This document shows positions 63,760-64,000 of a stretch of 64,000 nucleotides of DNA, in pieces. The position numbers and the translations under genes are program-made. The notes under the pieces are model-generated. The model searched no databases. It was not told where the DNA came from and worked only from the letters and a program-made list of their open reading frames with translations. Positions within the stretch are counted from its first letter, which is position 1. Each line of letters begins with the position of its first letter. The stretch lies in the NCBI RefSeq assembly GCF_001949145.1, contig NW_019091355.1, positions 2,007,107 through 2,071,106 on the forward strand, in the 5' to 3' direction. The stretch comes from Acanthaster planci. Its lineage: Eukaryota.

Positions 63760-64000
63760 CTGTACACCAAGGAGGAAAAAAAAAACACTTCAGCGTGAGA
63801 ATCCTAGATTCCTGTGCACACAGAAAAAACACTACCATTGTTGACGAGAGCCTCCTAGTCTCATCTCTCCACGGAAAAGTTGAAGTTTATTTTCTACAAT
63901 ATAACCACTTGCTGCCTGTTCTTTGGAAAGGGTATCGGCCAAGCTTTTATGCAGTGTCAACAGCGCCGCTTTGACTGGTCCCCCCAAACTTGATGGCTTG

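Overview
Eukaryotic, intron-rich animal genomic DNA, not prokaryotic. The proteins and repeats suggest an invertebrate deuterostome, probably a sea star or other echinoderm (inference). I reconstructed four spliced housekeeping genes by hand. RAP1GDS1/SmgGDS (+, 15 coding exons, about 614 aa) has one GC-AG intron. An ankyrin-repeat DHHC palmitoyltransferase (-, 9 exons, about 581 aa) has a U12-type AT-AC intron. LARP7 (+, 10 coding exons, about 638 aa) lies head-to-head with the DHHC gene. The 3' half of CDK1/cdc2 (-) runs off the window end. The most dynamic part is a family of single-coding-exon secreted PAN/apple + fibrinogen-domain (FReD) genes. Two intact copies and one decayed relic are nested antisense inside the 11.4-kb first intron of the DHHC gene. 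A fourth copy just downstream of that gene is frameshifted by a 17-nt inverted duplication, and it shares a 281-bp apparent gene-conversion tract with one nested copy. Other oddities are a 4x minisatellite that multiplies a perfect TACTAAC branch point before RAP1GDS1 coding exon 2, pervasive TACATGTA motifs, hAT-type MITEs with 8-bp TSDs, a tRNA-derived SINE and a Penelope-like remnant with a degenerate hammerhead core. All calls come from reading the sequence and recalled family motifs; no searches were run.
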